The notes below the pieces were generated by a model. That model was not told the DNA's origin. It worked only from the letters and a program-made list of their open reading frames with translations, and made no database searches. This document shows positions 17,905 through 27,438 of a DNA stretch of 64,000 nucleotides, piece after piece (position 1 is the first letter of the stretch; every line of letters begins with the position of its first letter). A program made the translations under genes and the position numbers. This stretch comes from a virus, in IMG/VR virus record IMGVR_UViG_3300049571_000380, positions 1 to 64,000 of that record. The stretch is one strand, 5' to 3'.

Positions 17905-18363
17905 TCAGACCGCGTTGCGCATGCGGTACTTGTTGTCCCGGTTCGGTTCCTCGCCGGGCTCCAGAATCCACAGGGCCTGGATGAACACCCGGCCCCCGCT
18001 GTACAGGTCGAGCCGCAGACCGTAGCGGATACCCCGGTCCCGGGTCGTGCTGTACCGGACGATCTCGCCGATGTGCTCACCGAGGTTCTGGCCGATCCAG
18101 CAGGCGATGGATGCCTCGACGTCGGCGCAGACGAGCCGGTCGGGAGCGGCAGCCACGGCCGACGGGTAGGCGGCAGGGTTTCCGGTACCGGCCATCAGTC
18201 CGTCCTCCTGTGTGGCCACCTGCCAGGCGATGCGGGCGCCGTGCTGGCCCGTGACGATGAAGCCGTGCTCCACACCGGAACCGGGCTTGCCCTCGGCTGG
18301 TTTCACCGAGGCGCCTTCGATCTTCAACTCCCGGAGCGCATCCGGGAATTCGCTGGCCTTCAC
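17905..18363 (-). CDS. hypothetical protein
   Basis: GTG start after AAAGGGAG RBS, first gene after promoter/operator. Confidence 0.65.
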   Translation of the reverse strand: MKASEFPDALRELKIEGASVKPAEGKPGSGVEHGFIVTGQHGARIAWQVATQEDGLMAGTGNPAAYPSAVAAAPDRLVCADVEASIACWIGQNLGEHIGEIVRYSTTRDRGIRYGLRLDLYSGGRVFIQALWILEPGEEPNRDNKYRMRNAV

Positions 18364-18378
18364 GCTTCTCCCTTTCCT

Positions 18379-18417
18379 TGACCTAGGCCATCGTACAGCG
18401 AAGGGGCCCGCCGTCAA
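18379..18417 (-). promoter_or_regulatory. sigma70/HrdB-type promoter TTGACG-N16-TACGAT directly followed by GGCCTAGGTCA (18379-18389)
   Basis: near-consensus hexamers; -35 lies in the loop of a GGGCCCG/CGGGCCC hairpin (18402-18427). Confidence 0.7.
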
Positions 18418-18452
18418 GCGGGCCCCTCGGTATCCGGCCAGGCTCGGCCGGA

Positions 18453-18680
18453 TCAGTCCTTCTCTTCCCCGGTCAGCGAGTCGATCAGGAAGTCGGCGGC
18501 GAAGATCTTCTCCCGGGTGATGCGGACCTGGCCGGTCAGCTTCGCCTCGACCTCGTCCTCGCCCTGCGCCATCTCGTAGCTGGTCGAGCTGTACTCGATC
18601 TCGACCGCCAGCCCCGGAGCCAGGTTGATCCAGCTCCGGTCCTTGCCGCCGACCTCGTCGGCGTCGTCACCCCACCTCAC
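18453..18680 (-). CDS. hypothetical protein
   Basis: coupled GTG start. Confidence 0.5.
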   Translation of the reverse strand: MRWGDDADEVGGKDRSWINLAPGLAVEIEYSSTSYEMAQGEDEVEAKLTGQVRITREKIFAADFLIDSLTGEEKD

Positions 18681-19036
18681 TTGCACTCCCCGAGGTGGTT
18701 GAGGTGCCTCGGGCAGCGGCTCCCGGACTCGGTGCGGCCCTCGCAGTACCGGTCCGGGTCCTCCGGGAGGTCGTCCGAGGTGATGTGCAGCACCTTCGTG
18801 GCGCTGAGGATCTGCTGGTACTCCAGCGGGGGCGTGGTGTGGTTCATGCGGCGCTGCTCGCACTGCTCGTGCGCCCGCTCCCGGACCGACCGCGCGAACG
18901 TGTCGGCCATCCGGGAATCGGCGCCCTCCGCCATGAGGGCGCCCGCGACGGCCGCCATCAGGGCCTCCGTGCTGTGCACCCGGTATCCCGGATCACCCTG
19001 CTTGACCCGGACCGTCCAGCTCCAGTGGTGCGTCAC
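18677..19036 (-). CDS. hypothetical protein (C-terminal Cys/His cluster)
   Basis: YCEGRTESGSRCPRHLNHLGEC. Confidence 0.55.
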   Translation of the reverse strand: MTHHWSWTVRVKQGDPGYRVHSTEALMAAVAGALMAEGADSRMADTFARSVRERAHEQCEQRRMNHTTPPLEYQQILSATKVLHITSDDLPEDPDRYCEGRTESGSRCPRHLNHLGECK

Positions 19037-19518
19037 TTCTCGTCCTCCCACCAGGCCAGCAGGTCGCTGCCGTCCTTCAGCTCCGTGATGACCCGGTCGG
19101 GGTAGCTGCCGCCCTCCGAGAGGCAGTGTGCCACGCCCTCAGCGAGCGCGGCTGAGCGCTCCAGGCCGATCCCCTCACTGCCGACCAGGATGCCCATCAG
19201 GTAGGCCACCAGCGGTGCCTCGCTCGTCGCCCGGAAGGCGGGGCCGAGGTCCCCGGCCTTCACGAAGTACGCCCGGTTCGGAACCCGGCGCCCGCGCTCC
19301 CGCCAGACCAGCATCTCGCCGATGCTGGCCAGCTTCACCGACTGCACCTCGTCGGAGGGCAGGGCGTCGGCCCGGCGCAGCACCTCGTCCGCCTTCTCCT
19401 GCACGGAGACCGGCTCGTTGAACCCGGCGGCCAGCAGGACGCCGATGATGAGGCCCTTCACCTCCTCCGTGTTCCCGCTCAGCACCCGGCCGTTGTTCAC
19501 CGTCAGTCCGTACCTCAT
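19033..19518 (-). CDS. hypothetical protein
   Basis: ORF from MRYGLTV, coupled. Confidence 0.6.
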   Translation of the reverse strand: MRYGLTVNNGRVLSGNTEEVKGLIIGVLLAAGFNEPVSVQEKADEVLRRADALPSDEVQSVKLASIGEMLVWRERGRRVPNRAYFVKAGDLGPAFRATSEAPLVAYLMGILVGSEGIGLERSAALAEGVAHCLSEGGSYPDRVITELKDGSDLLAWWEDEK

Positions 19519-19817
19519 GCCTTGACCTCCTCGGCCAGCAGCCAGCGGCCCGGTGTGGGCAGCGTCGTCCGATAGGAACCCCGCATGAGGGCGTCGGTGA
19601 CCTTGCTGCGGATGATCGCCAGTTCGTCCCGGTCGGCGACCCCGTGCCGCTCGAAGACCGTCATGATCTGATCGACGGTCACGGCCAGCCCCTCGGTCTC
19701 CCGGCCCGGGTGCAGCAGGTCGGCGGGCACGGGGTCGTCCGGCTTCGGCGCGTCCGGGTTCCCGGCCTGCGCACCGAGCGGGGGCGGGTCCTGGAGCACC
19801 CAGAATCTGTACTTCAT
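19515..19817 (-). CDS. hypothetical protein
   Basis: ORF from MKYRFW, GGAGGAG RBS. Confidence 0.55.
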   Translation of the reverse strand: MKYRFWVLQDPPPLGAQAGNPDAPKPDDPVPADLLHPGRETEGLAVTVDQIMTVFERHGVADRDELAIIRSKVTDALMRGSYRTTLPTPGRWLLAEEVKA

Positions 19818-19892
19818 GATCTTTTCTCCTCCGTTCCGATGGTCCACCGAGGGGCACGGACCACAGTCCGTGCTCCCCGGAAGCCGACCGGC

Positions 19893-20228
19893 TCAGATCT
19901 TGCAGGTGTAGACCGTGTTCGACTCCAGGGTCGTCGGCCGCAGGGCCTCGACCTCCATCTCCGGGCCGTCGTCACCGTCGGTCACGACGATCGTGCAGCG
20001 GATCAGCTCCCGGCTGCCCGGCAGCAGGATGTAGAGGTCGTTGAACATCTCCCGCAGGGGGACGCCGTCCTCCCGCATGGCCCGCGCCCACGCCTTCACG
20101 GCGTCCAGGTAGACGATCCCGTGGAAGCCGTCGTTCTGCGTGAAGTGGAACACCGGCTCTCGGGTGGGCGCCTGCATGTGCAGGCCGTTCCCGCAGGTGA
20201 CGTTGGGGATGTCGATCAGCTCGGCCAC
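19893..20228 (-). CDS. hypothetical protein
   Basis: 111-aa ORF. Confidence 0.6.
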   Translation of the reverse strand: MAELIDIPNVTCGNGLHMQAPTREPVFHFTQNDGFHGIVYLDAVKAWARAMREDGVPLREMFNDLYILLPGSRELIRCTIVVTDGDDGPEMEVEALRPTTLESNTVYTCKI

Positions 20229-20537
20229 TTACTTCTCCTCTTCCGGGTGGGACTCTCGGGCCCACGGCCTGCCCCAGTTGTCCAGCAGGTACGTGAGCGT
20301 GTCCCGCAGCTCGGTCATCCTCCCCTTCGTGAGAGGCAGGTCGAGCGACCCGCCTTCCAACTCACGCGGCTGCGGGTTCATGCGGGGGTCCGTGAAGTTG
20401 AGGGTGTCCAGACCGTCGGACCGCCACATGTCGAAGTAGTACGACTTCGTCCAGCCGAGGTACGTCCACTTCAGGTCCAGCTCACCCGGCTCGGGCCGCT
20501 TCCCGACCTCCTCGGGCCTCTTGCCGAAGGCGCTCAC
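20229..20537 (-). CDS. hypothetical protein
   Basis: coupled GTG start (VSAFGK). Confidence 0.55.
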   Translation of the reverse strand: MSAFGKRPEEVGKRPEPGELDLKWTYLGWTKSYYFDMWRSDGLDTLNFTDPRMNPQPRELEGGSLDLPLTKGRMTELRDTLTYLLDNWGRPWARESHPEEEK

Positions 20538-20863
20538 TCGTCCACGCCCCTGATCCGGTACACGACCTGGCCCTTGACGACGATCTCGGCGCCGCCGCCC
20601 GTACCGGTCAGCCTGCGCACGTGGCAGTGCTGGGGGAACGGCATCTTCTCGGTCTTCACCTGGATGAAGTCCCACGCCTCCTCGACCCGGAGGTCGCCCT
20701 GCTCGATGTCGTACAGCGTCGAGCCGATGTAGTCCGGGTGCGCGAGTGCCATCGCCCCGGACTTCACGATCACGAAGATCACTGGCACCTCGTCCGGGTC
20801 GACCCACACCGTCGGGTGCAGGACGTTCGTGCCGTCGCGGTCGGTGATGCGGATGCCTGCCAT
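20534..20863 (-). CDS. hypothetical protein
   Basis: ORF from MAGIRIT, GGGGAGG RBS. Confidence 0.6.
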   Translation of the reverse strand: MAGIRITDRDGTNVLHPTVWVDPDEVPVIFVIVKSGAMALAHPDYIGSTLYDIEQGDLRVEEAWDFIQVKTEKMPFPQHCHVRRLTGTGGGAEIVVKGQVVYRIRGVDE

Positions 20864-20865
20864 GC

Positions 20866-21186
20866 TCAGATCCTCCCCGGCCGGATGGCCAGCTTGTCGT
20901 GCTCGGTGAACGCGGCCTCGGCCTCGCTCCAGAACAGGCCCCGACGGCTGTCGATGCGCAGCCACCGGCCGTCGAGCGAGGTGGCCCGCATCAGATGGAC
21001 GTTGTAGGCGTCCGGGTCGCCGTTGCGCTCGGGGCTGGTGTCGTACGTGATGACGAAGGCGAAGTAGCCCGGCGTCTTCGCCAGAACCAGGTTCGGCTGC
21101 CACCCCAGGAAGCTGCCCTTGATCACGGGCATCCCTTCCACCCGGGTCGGCGCCTCCTTGACGCGCAGCTTGTCCTCGTTGCCCAT
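20866..21186 (-). CDS. hypothetical protein
   Basis: 106-aa ORF. Confidence 0.6.
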   Translation of the reverse strand: MGNEDKLRVKEAPTRVEGMPVIKGSFLGWQPNLVLAKTPGYFAFVITYDTSPERNGDPDAYNVHLMRATSLDGRWLRIDSRRGLFWSEAEAAFTEHDKLAIRPGRI

Positions 21187-21189
21187 GTC

Positions 21190-21534
21190 CTACTCCCCGT
21201 CCCATCCGAAGGTCACCGACGACCAGTCCACGCCGCCGAAGTGGAAGCTGCCGGTCTGGAGTTCGTTGTTCTCCCAGGCCGACTTGATCCAGTCCCGGAT
21301 CGCTTCCTTCAGGCTCTCCTGGCACTTGGCCGGATCCGCCTCGCAGTCGTGGTCCGGGTCCAGGACGCAGCCGCCCTCTTCCCAGCCCTCCATGCCGCTC
21401 GGGACCTTGCCGGTGCGGTCCATCTCACCCTCGACCGCCTGCCAGATCCCCTCCCATGAGGGGGTGCTGAACTCGTGACTGTTCTCCAGCTTGTGGTCGA
21501 CGCCGTACTGCTCGACCTTGACGTGGTGACCCAT
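21190..21534 (-). CDS. hypothetical protein
   Basis: ORF from MGHHVKV, coupled. Confidence 0.6.
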   Translation of the reverse strand: MGHHVKVEQYGVDHKLENSHEFSTPSWEGIWQAVEGEMDRTGKVPSGMEGWEEGGCVLDPDHDCEADPAKCQESLKEAIRDWIKSAWENNELQTGSFHFGGVDWSSVTFGWDGE

Positions 21535-21749
21535 CAGTCCGTCTCCTCCAGGTACACGTAGACCGTGGACTCCATGACCCCGTCCGTCACGGTCTGCCCG
21601 ACGTGGGCGACCTTCCAGGTCCCGCTGTGGAAGCCGCTGCTCATGTTGAGCATCGACCCGAGCTGCGGAACGTGCCCCGAAGAGATCGACTCCTGAGCCA
21701 AGGCCCTGCCGCCTCTCCCGATCGGGAAGCACAGCACCAGCGTGAACAT
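21534..21749 (-). CDS. hypothetical protein
   Basis: 71-aa ORF, ACGGAAGGGAGAAGGG RBS. Confidence 0.55.
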   Translation of the reverse strand: MFTLVLCFPIGRGGRALAQESISSGHVPQLGSMLNMSSGFHSGTWKVAHVGQTVTDGVMESTVYVYLEETD

Positions 21750-21824
21750 CCCCTTCTCCCTTCCGTTTCCACCGGGCTGACCCGGACTCCAGGGGGCCCT
21801 CGGCGAGGGCCCCGCAGGGCTCGT

Positions 21825-22232
21825 TCAGAACGGCGCCGTGATGCGCGGGATGGCGAGGTCGCTGTCCCGCTCCGTGTCGACGATGACTCCGAAGCCGCGC
21901 AGGGCCCGGACCGATTCGATGGCCAGTTCCTTCACCTGCGCGTCGGTTACGTCCTCCCGGTCGATGCGACCCTGCGGCAGGTCGCCCCAGTCCACACCCC
22001 GGATGAAGCGCTCGGCGCTCACCAGGTCCGTGAGGTCCCGGTCGACGGGCACCACCCGGACGATGACGAACTGCCAGTCCCCGCCGTCGAACGCGGCCAG
22101 GTCTTCCTCGCTGTACCCCTCCAGCAGGACCGGGCTGGCCACCCCGTCCCGCTTCAGCTCGACCTTGAAGTCCATGTTCCGGACGCCCCACCGGGCACCC
22201 GGAACCGTCCACCAGTCCAGCAAGTCGCTCAC
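21825..22232 (-). CDS. hypothetical protein
   Basis: GTG start (VSDLLDWW). Confidence 0.55.
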   Translation of the reverse strand: MSDLLDWWTVPGARWGVRNMDFKVELKRDGVASPVLLEGYSEEDLAAFDGGDWQFVIVRVVPVDRDLTDLVSAERFIRGVDWGDLPQGRIDREDVTDAQVKELAIESVRALRGFGVIVDTERDSDLAIPRITAPF

Positions 22233-22236
22233 GTGA

Positions 22237-22548
22237 TCAGCTCCCCCTCTTCTCGAAGTCCTCCAGACGGCAGCCGACGAAGAAGAACTCCATCTCGCCG
22301 CTTCCGTCCCCGGGGTCACCGGGGACCATGCTGAAGTCCAGGATGTGTGCCGTCTGTGCGCTCTCGGCGGCCACCGCCGCCAGGAAGCGGGCGTACAGAC
22401 GCCAGGTCCCGATGATCGTGAACCAGGTGCCGGAGTCGTTCTTTCCGCGCACCTCCCGCAGGGTTCCGGGCCCGTTCTCCCCGGGCTTGCCCTTCATCGC
22501 TTTCGCGAGGCAGTCCCGGATGAAGTCCCGGCTGGACTCCCACGGCAT
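22237..22548 (-). CDS. hypothetical protein
   Basis: 103-aa ORF. Confidence 0.55.
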   Translation of the reverse strand: MPWESSRDFIRDCLAKAMKGKPGENGPGTLREVRGKNDSGTWFTIIGTWRLYARFLAAVAAESAQTAHILDFSMVPGDPGDGSGEMEFFFVGCRLEDFEKRGS

Positions 22549-22551
22549 GGC

Positions 22552-23001
22552 TCAGCTCCCGAAGATGAACGTGCCGGACTCGCCCGCCGGGACCGGCATC
22601 ACGACGAAGTGCAGACCGATCGTCGGGGTCATGCCATCGTCGGCGTACGAGCCCCAGTCGAAGCGCTCGACGCCGCCCGCCCGGTCGAGCGCGTCGTACA
22701 GGCGCCCCAGCTCCCCGTTGCGGCCGGACTTCAGGTCGTCCTCGGCGTACTCCTTCAGCGCCTCGCCGACGGTGGCCCCGGAGCCCAGGTAGCTCCCCTC
22801 CAGGAAGTCCATGATCTGGTCGGCCGGGATGTCCTCGAACTCGTCTGGCTTGCTCTCGATCAGGGTCGCAGCGGCGAGCACCACCCACTTGCCGTAGCGC
22901 TGAATCGCCTCGACGACGTGCCCGGCGGCCTGTCCCGAGCTGTACCGCTTCGCCTCGTGGTCCGTCACCACGCCTGCGGCGATGTCCTTGAAGTTCTCCA
23001 T
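22552..23001 (-). CDS. ArdA-like antirestriction (DNA-mimic) protein
   Basis: acidic; GSYLGSGATVGEALKEYAEDDL...RFDWGSYADDG...GTFIF resembles the ArdA C-terminal domains. Confidence 0.5.
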   Translation of the reverse strand: MENFKDIAAGVVTDHEAKRYSSGQAAGHVVEAIQRYGKWVVLAAATLIESKPDEFEDIPADQIMDFLEGSYLGSGATVGEALKEYAEDDLKSGRNGELGRLYDALDRAGGVERFDWGSYADDGMTPTIGLHFVVMPVPAGESGTFIFGS

Positions 23002-23012
23002 CGGTGCCCCTC

Positions 23013-23288
23013 TCACTCTCCGTTGAGCCCGGCGATGCGGGCCTGTTCCTGCATGTCCCGGAAGACCTCGTCGGCCTCCAGGCTGTTGTGCCGCAGCTTC
23101 ATCTCCTCGACGGAGTCCCGCAGCACGGCCGCCTTCACGGCCCCGGGGACCGGAAGGTCCAGCTCCCGGGTGTGCAGCCGCAGGATTTCGGCGGCCGTCG
23201 CTTCGACGTCGGCCAGCTTCCCGCCGTTCTGCATGTACGCGAGGACGTTGACCGCGTAGCCGATCGCACTCTCCCGGTCGTCCGCCAT
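23013..23288 (-). CDS. hypothetical protein
   Basis: 91-aa coupled ORF. Confidence 0.55.
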   Translation of the reverse strand: MADDRESAIGYAVNVLAYMQNGGKLADVEATAAEILRLHTRELDLPVPGAVKAAVLRDSVEEMKLRHNSLEADEVFRDMQEQARIAGLNGE

Positions 23289-23656
23289 CAGACCTTCGCC
23301 CTCTCGGCCCGCCGGTCGACCGAGGCCCAGTAGGCGGCGATCTCCGTCTTCATGCTCTGGTCGAAGTCCACCTTGCTGCGCTTGCTCCAGTTCGACCGGG
23401 CGCCGGGCATCAGCTCCAGCCAGTCCTCCCGGTGGAAGATCCGGGGCGTGCCGTCACCGTTGCGCCACACGGTGCTCACGTACGCCTGCATGAGGTCGGC
23501 CCGGCGCACCCATTCGTCGAGCGTGTCCCGGTTGAGGTTCGGGATGCCGATCCCCATCTCGCTCAGCACCTCGAACGCGCACTGCACGGGACTCAGCTTC
23601 TCGATGCCGGTCTTCGGGGTGCCGTCCGGGCTCAGGAAGGTGTAGCGAACGGTCAT
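23288..23656 (-). CDS. hypothetical protein, paralog of 15287-15619
   Basis: GIPNLNRDTLDEWVRRADLM motif. Confidence 0.65.
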   Translation of the reverse strand: MTVRYTFLSPDGTPKTGIEKLSPVQCAFEVLSEMGIGIPNLNRDTLDEWVRRADLMQAYVSTVWRNGDGTPRIFHREDWLELMPGARSNWSKRSKVDFDQSMKTEIAAYWASVDRRAERAKV

Positions 23657-23748
23657 GCGGTCTTCTCCAATCCGTTACTGACGGAATCGTCAGGGCGGTC
23701 CCGTGCCGCCAACCGGGAGCCCTTCCCAGGGGCCCGGTTTCATCCGTG

Positions 23749-24057
23749 TCAGACGGTCCAGTCCAGGCCCTCGAAGAGGGCGGTGATGGCGTCCTGGGCG
23801 TGCTCGGGGACGTGCGTGTCACCGAACACTGGGTAGTCCACGACCGGGATCACGGCGAGGATCCGAGAGGCGTCGTCCCGGGCCGTGACGAAGGCCCGGC
23901 GGCGGCCGTTCAACTCCTCGTGCGCCGCCTTGACCGCCCGCTCCAGGGCGTGCGGGCCGGAGTACGGCGCCGACGTCCCGTAGGTGGACTCGGGGAGCGG
24001 GTCGACGACCGTGGAGTGGACGATGTAGTGCGTGGTCTTCGGGGTCAGCTCAGACAT
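23749..24057 (-). CDS. hypothetical protein
   Basis: 102-aa ORF. Confidence 0.6.
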   Translation of the reverse strand: MSELTPKTTHYIVHSTVVDPLPESTYGTSAPYSGPHALERAVKAAHEELNGRRRAFVTARDDASRILAVIPVVDYPVFGDTHVPEHAQDAITALFEGLDWTV

Positions 24058-24418
24058 CCGTGTCCTCGGCTTCCTGGTGGTCGTGCGGGTAGTCCGTCGG
24101 GAGCGGGGCGTCGTTGGCGATCAGCTTCGGCGGGTGGACGTAGGACAGGCGGGCGCTGTCGTCGTAGTACGACTCGACCCGCATCGCCCGGTCGTACTCG
24201 TCCGGACGCTCCGGGTGGTTGGGCTTGTCCAGCTCCAGGTCGGCGTCCGTGATGCCCATCGCGCGCCGGAGGTCGGCGTTGTAGGCGTTGCGGTACTCGA
24301 CCGCCCGGCCGTGCCCGATCTCGTCGTTCGGGAACCGGTAGACCGTGTGCTCCATGTCGTAGGCACCGGCCACGACCTCGACGAACTCGGCGGTACGGCG
24401 GTACTCGTCCATCTCCAT
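24050..24418 (-). CDS. hypothetical protein
   Basis: ORF from MEMDEY, GGAGGAG RBS. Confidence 0.6.
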   Translation of the reverse strand: MEMDEYRRTAEFVEVVAGAYDMEHTVYRFPNDEIGHGRAVEYRNAYNADLRRAMGITDADLELDKPNHPERPDEYDRAMRVESYYDDSARLSYVHPPKLIANDAPLPTDYPHDHQEAEDTDV

Positions 24419-24467
24419 GACGTCTCTCCTCCCGGGCCCCAATCCCCTTGGGGCCCTCGAATCTTAC

Positions 24468-24478
24468 TGACCTAGGCC
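24468..24478 (+). promoter_or_regulatory. TGACCTAGGCC operator-like site (copy 5)
   Basis: exact 11-mer, 1 nt upstream of minus-strand TAAGAT -10 candidate. Confidence 0.65.
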
Positions 24479-24494
24479 GTGAAGTTCCAGTTCT

Positions 24495-24833
24495 TCAGGA
24501 CTGTTTACCGAAGACGCCGCCCCACGGACCGTGCATCTCGTGCTGTTCCCGCTCGACCTCGCCGCCGAACCCTTCCCAGATTTCCAGGAAGCTCTTGATC
24601 CAGAACTCCGGACGACCGGATTCGGCGGCCATCCGCCGCTCCGTCTCGTTGTCGGCCTGCGACCCCTTGGGGAGGTCCAGGACGTCATCCAGTGTCCGGT
24701 CCAGCAGGTCCAGCAGTACGTGAACCTCGTGAACTGTCAGGCCGAGACGTTCGGCCAGCCGCTGTTCGATGATCTCCTGCCGGGTCCCGGCGACCGTCTC
24801 GCCGGGACCGCAGGTGCAGCTCAGCTCAGCCAT
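24495..24833 (-). CDS. hypothetical protein
   Basis: 112-aa ORF. Confidence 0.55.
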   Translation of the reverse strand: MAELSCTCGPGETVAGTRQEIIEQRLAERLGLTVHEVHVLLDLLDRTLDDVLDLPKGSQADNETERRMAAESGRPEFWIKSFLEIWEGFGGEVEREQHEMHGPWGGVFGKQS

Positions 24834-25344
24834 CCCGGCGCACCACCGTGCAGCCGCAAGGGGCGGCCGTGGGGTTCGGGCAGACCTGCCGGTCGGTCTC
24901 GGGCAGGTTCCACGCGCCGGAGGCCGCCGTCCAGCCCATCTCGTAGACCGTCCCGGAATCGTGCACCCGGTAGACGTTGTTCGGGTGGAAGCGTCCGGCC
25001 GTGGCGTGCACGTAGATCTCGGAGTCGCCCTCGTGTCCCAGCAGGGCGTTCCGGATCAGATCCGGCTCGGCCTCGCTCAGCCACTCCAGCCGACCGGCGG
25101 GCGTCTTGCGTCCCTCGGTCAGCTCCTCGTACAGCTTCTGCACCCGGTCCTCGTTGCCGTGGACGTCGATCCAGGCCCGGATGCCCAGCTCCCGGTCCTC
25201 GGGGAAGACGAACGAGCTGACCATCTCCAGCAGCTCGTTGTCTCCGTACTCGAAGTCGTCCCCCTCGGCGATCCCCCGGAGGAAGTCGGCCAGCTCGGGC
25301 TCTCCCCAGATCCAATGGATGATCTTCATTGTGGTCGTGTGCAT
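24826..25344 (-). CDS. hypothetical acidic protein
   Basis: 172-aa ORF, AAGGAGAGGGAG RBS. Confidence 0.6.
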   Translation of the reverse strand: MHTTTMKIIHWIWGEPELADFLRGIAEGDDFEYGDNELLEMVSSFVFPEDRELGIRAWIDVHGNEDRVQKLYEELTEGRKTPAGRLEWLSEAEPDLIRNALLGHEGDSEIYVHATAGRFHPNNVYRVHDSGTVYEMGWTAASGAWNLPETDRQVCPNPTAAPCGCTVVRRDG

Positions 25345-25358
25345 CTTCTCCCTCTCCT

Positions 25359-26330
25359 TCAGCCGTTCCTGCGGCTCTTCTCGACTTCCTTGATGGCCTT
25401 GTCCCGAAGCGGCTTGATCGCCGCTTCGATCTGCTCGGCCGTCGGCTCGTCCCCGATCGCCAGGCCGTTCTCCTTCCAGGCCACGGCCCTGCCCAGGTGC
25501 TGGATGTTCCGCTCGTGAGCGCCGTCGCTGTCACCCCAGCAGTATGCGTACCAGCACTGACGCTTCAGCTCGGACTTGGCCGTGCGCAGGGTCTTCACGA
25601 CCGAGCCTCGCTGCCTCCCGTCCTTGCCCATCTCGTCCCGCAGAGGCGACCCGCCGGGCTGCGTGATCGCGTTCAGCGCGGCCTTGGCCTTCTTCTCGGC
25701 CCGGCGCCTGGTCTCTTCCTCCCTGGCCTGTGCCCGCTCGATCTCCTCGGGAGTCAGCATCACCGACTTGGGCACCGTCACCGCCTCGCCCTTGTCCCGC
25801 CGGGCGACCGGTGCGTCCGGGTAGCAGATGGTGCAGGCCCGCTCTCCGGCGGCCTCGACGATCTCGACCATGCTCTTCCCGGAGTAGTCGATCATCCAGG
25901 AGAACCGGGTCGGGAACTCTCCCCGGTTGCACGACGAGCAGTTCATCGAGCTGTGCACATGGCCGTCGGTGACCAGGTAGGCCCGGGACCATCCGCCCCG
26001 GCGGCCGAACTCGTTCTCCAGCTTGGCCAGTACGGTGTCGTCCAGCTCGGCGACGGCACCCTTCGCCCGGTTCACCGAGTCGATCGCCTTGCGGCCCCGC
26101 TCGCTCCCGGCCGCCTTCTCCTGCACTTCGGTGTGGCTCAGGCGCCAGGTTTGGGCGCTGATCCGGCGGTCACCGACGGCGTAGTGCACGTCGTTCCAGG
26201 CGGCGTACACGTCCATGGTCAGCTCGTAGCGCCGGTCCCAGGCGGCGGCGAACAGCTCATCCACCTGAGCCGGGGTCATGCTCCGGAGCTGCTGCGGGGT
26301 GGCCAGCTCGGCATCCTTGATCGTCTTCAC
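25359..26330 (-). CDS. conserved actinophage-type protein with probable Zn-binding core
   Basis: GGWSRAYLVTDGHVHSSMNCSSC...GERACTICYPDAPV. Confidence 0.7.
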   Translation of the reverse strand: MKTIKDAELATPQQLRSMTPAQVDELFAAAWDRRYELTMDVYAAWNDVHYAVGDRRISAQTWRLSHTEVQEKAAGSERGRKAIDSVNRAKGAVAELDDTVLAKLENEFGRRGGWSRAYLVTDGHVHSSMNCSSCNRGEFPTRFSWMIDYSGKSMVEIVEAAGERACTICYPDAPVARRDKGEAVTVPKSVMLTPEEIERAQAREEETRRRAEKKAKAALNAITQPGGSPLRDEMGKDGRQRGSVVKTLRTAKSELKRQCWYAYCWGDSDGAHERNIQHLGRAVAWKENGLAIGDEPTAEQIEAAIKPLRDKAIKEVEKSRRNG

Positions 26331-26345
26331 GCTTCCCTCTCCTTC

Positions 26346-26400
26346 CGTCCGATGTGCACTGGACGCCGGGAACCCGCAGGCTCCCGGCGTCCCGAACGCA
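26346..26400. repeat. intergenic stem-loop element, diverged copy of the 38373/38785 repeat
   Basis: CGTCC..GTGCACTGGA + 11-bp stem GGACGCCGGGA/TCCCGGCGTCC + CCCGAACGC. Confidence 0.7.
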
Positions 26401-26405
26401 CCGGC

Positions 26406-26984
26406 TCAGTCGTTCACGGCCGACCGGCCATCCCAGTCCAGGTACTTGTTCACGAAGTTCACCCAGTCCATGACCTTCGCCTGGGCATCGGCCGTCGCGT
26501 ACTCGATCTCCTCGATCAGCGTTCGCCCGTTACCGGCGTAGCCGATGTCCGAGCCGACCCACTCGTACGTGATGTCGTCCGAGTCGTCCGACTCGTAGAT
26601 GCCGTCCTCGATCCGACCGTTGCGGCGGTAGGTGTACTCGGCCTGGAGGTCCACCGTTCCCGGCTTGAATGAACACGCCAGATGCTCCGGCGGCAGCCAG
26701 CAGATGCAGCGAGTCCCACTCCCCGGGTTCGGGTCGTGGCCCTCCTGCCATCCGTTCTTGCACACCCAGCCCTCGGGCTCGGTGTGCGTGCACTCCGGGT
26801 CGGACTCCTGAAGGTCCATGTACGGCTTGGCCGTCGCGTAGATCGTGACCTCGAACCGGGCCTCGGGGCAGGCTTCACTGCGGAACCGGGCGGAAACCGC
26901 CCGCCCCACCTGAATGTCCCCGCCGACGTCCCCGGCGTCCTCGATGATCGTGCCGTCGAGCACCCACTGCACTGCTGCTGCCAT
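26406..26984 (-). CDS. hypothetical protein (Cys-containing)
   Basis: 192-aa ORF with AAGGAG RBS. Confidence 0.6.
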   Translation of the reverse strand: MAAAVQWVLDGTIIEDAGDVGGDIQVGRAVSARFRSEACPEARFEVTIYATAKPYMDLQESDPECTHTEPEGWVCKNGWQEGHDPNPGSGTRCICWLPPEHLACSFKPGTVDLQAEYTYRRNGRIEDGIYESDDSDDITYEWVGSDIGYAGNGRTLIEEIEYATADAQAKVMDWVNFVNKYLDWDGRSAVND

Positions 26985-27095
26985 GCTCTTCTCCTTTTCC
27001 GTGATTCGGGTCAGTCCTTGGGGCCGCGCGGGTGCGGGACCTTTCCGAAGGGGGTGGCCGGTCTCCCGGCCGCCCCGAGCGGCGCCGTCGGCCCG

Positions 27096-27221
27096 CTACT
27101 TCCTGTCGGCGTCCATCGCCGCCGCGTTCTCCGGGGTGACTGCGATGGCCTCCGGCGGGGGCTGGTCGGCCGGGACCGGAACGTTGATCATGTCCGGCAT
27201 CTCGGGCTTCTCCTGCGTCAT
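27096..27221 (-). CDS. 41-aa microprotein
   Basis: read by hand; GAGGGAGAAG RBS. Confidence 0.45.
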   Translation of the reverse strand: MTQEKPEMPDMINVPVPADQPPPEAIAVTPENAAAMDADRK

Positions 27222-27282
27222 GCTCTTCTCCCTCTTCCGGGTGCAGTTCTCTGTCATCGGGATCGTGCTGCCGTTCGACTGG

Positions 27283-27351
27283 TCAGCCGTTCAGCCTGCG
27301 AAGGATCTCCTCGGCCTCCCGGCCCGCCTTCTCCCACTCGTCACCGCTCAT
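27283..27351 (-). CDS. 22-aa microprotein MSGDEWEKAGREAEEILRRLNG
   Basis: perfect AAGGAGGTGA RBS. Confidence 0.45.
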   Translation of the reverse strand: MSGDEWEKAGREAEEILRRLNG

Positions 27352-27438
27352 CACGATCACCTCCTTTCCACTCACACCGCTCACGAGCGGCACCCCCGGG
27401 CGACCGGCCGGAGCCGGTTACCCTAGGGCGCCTCCCGC

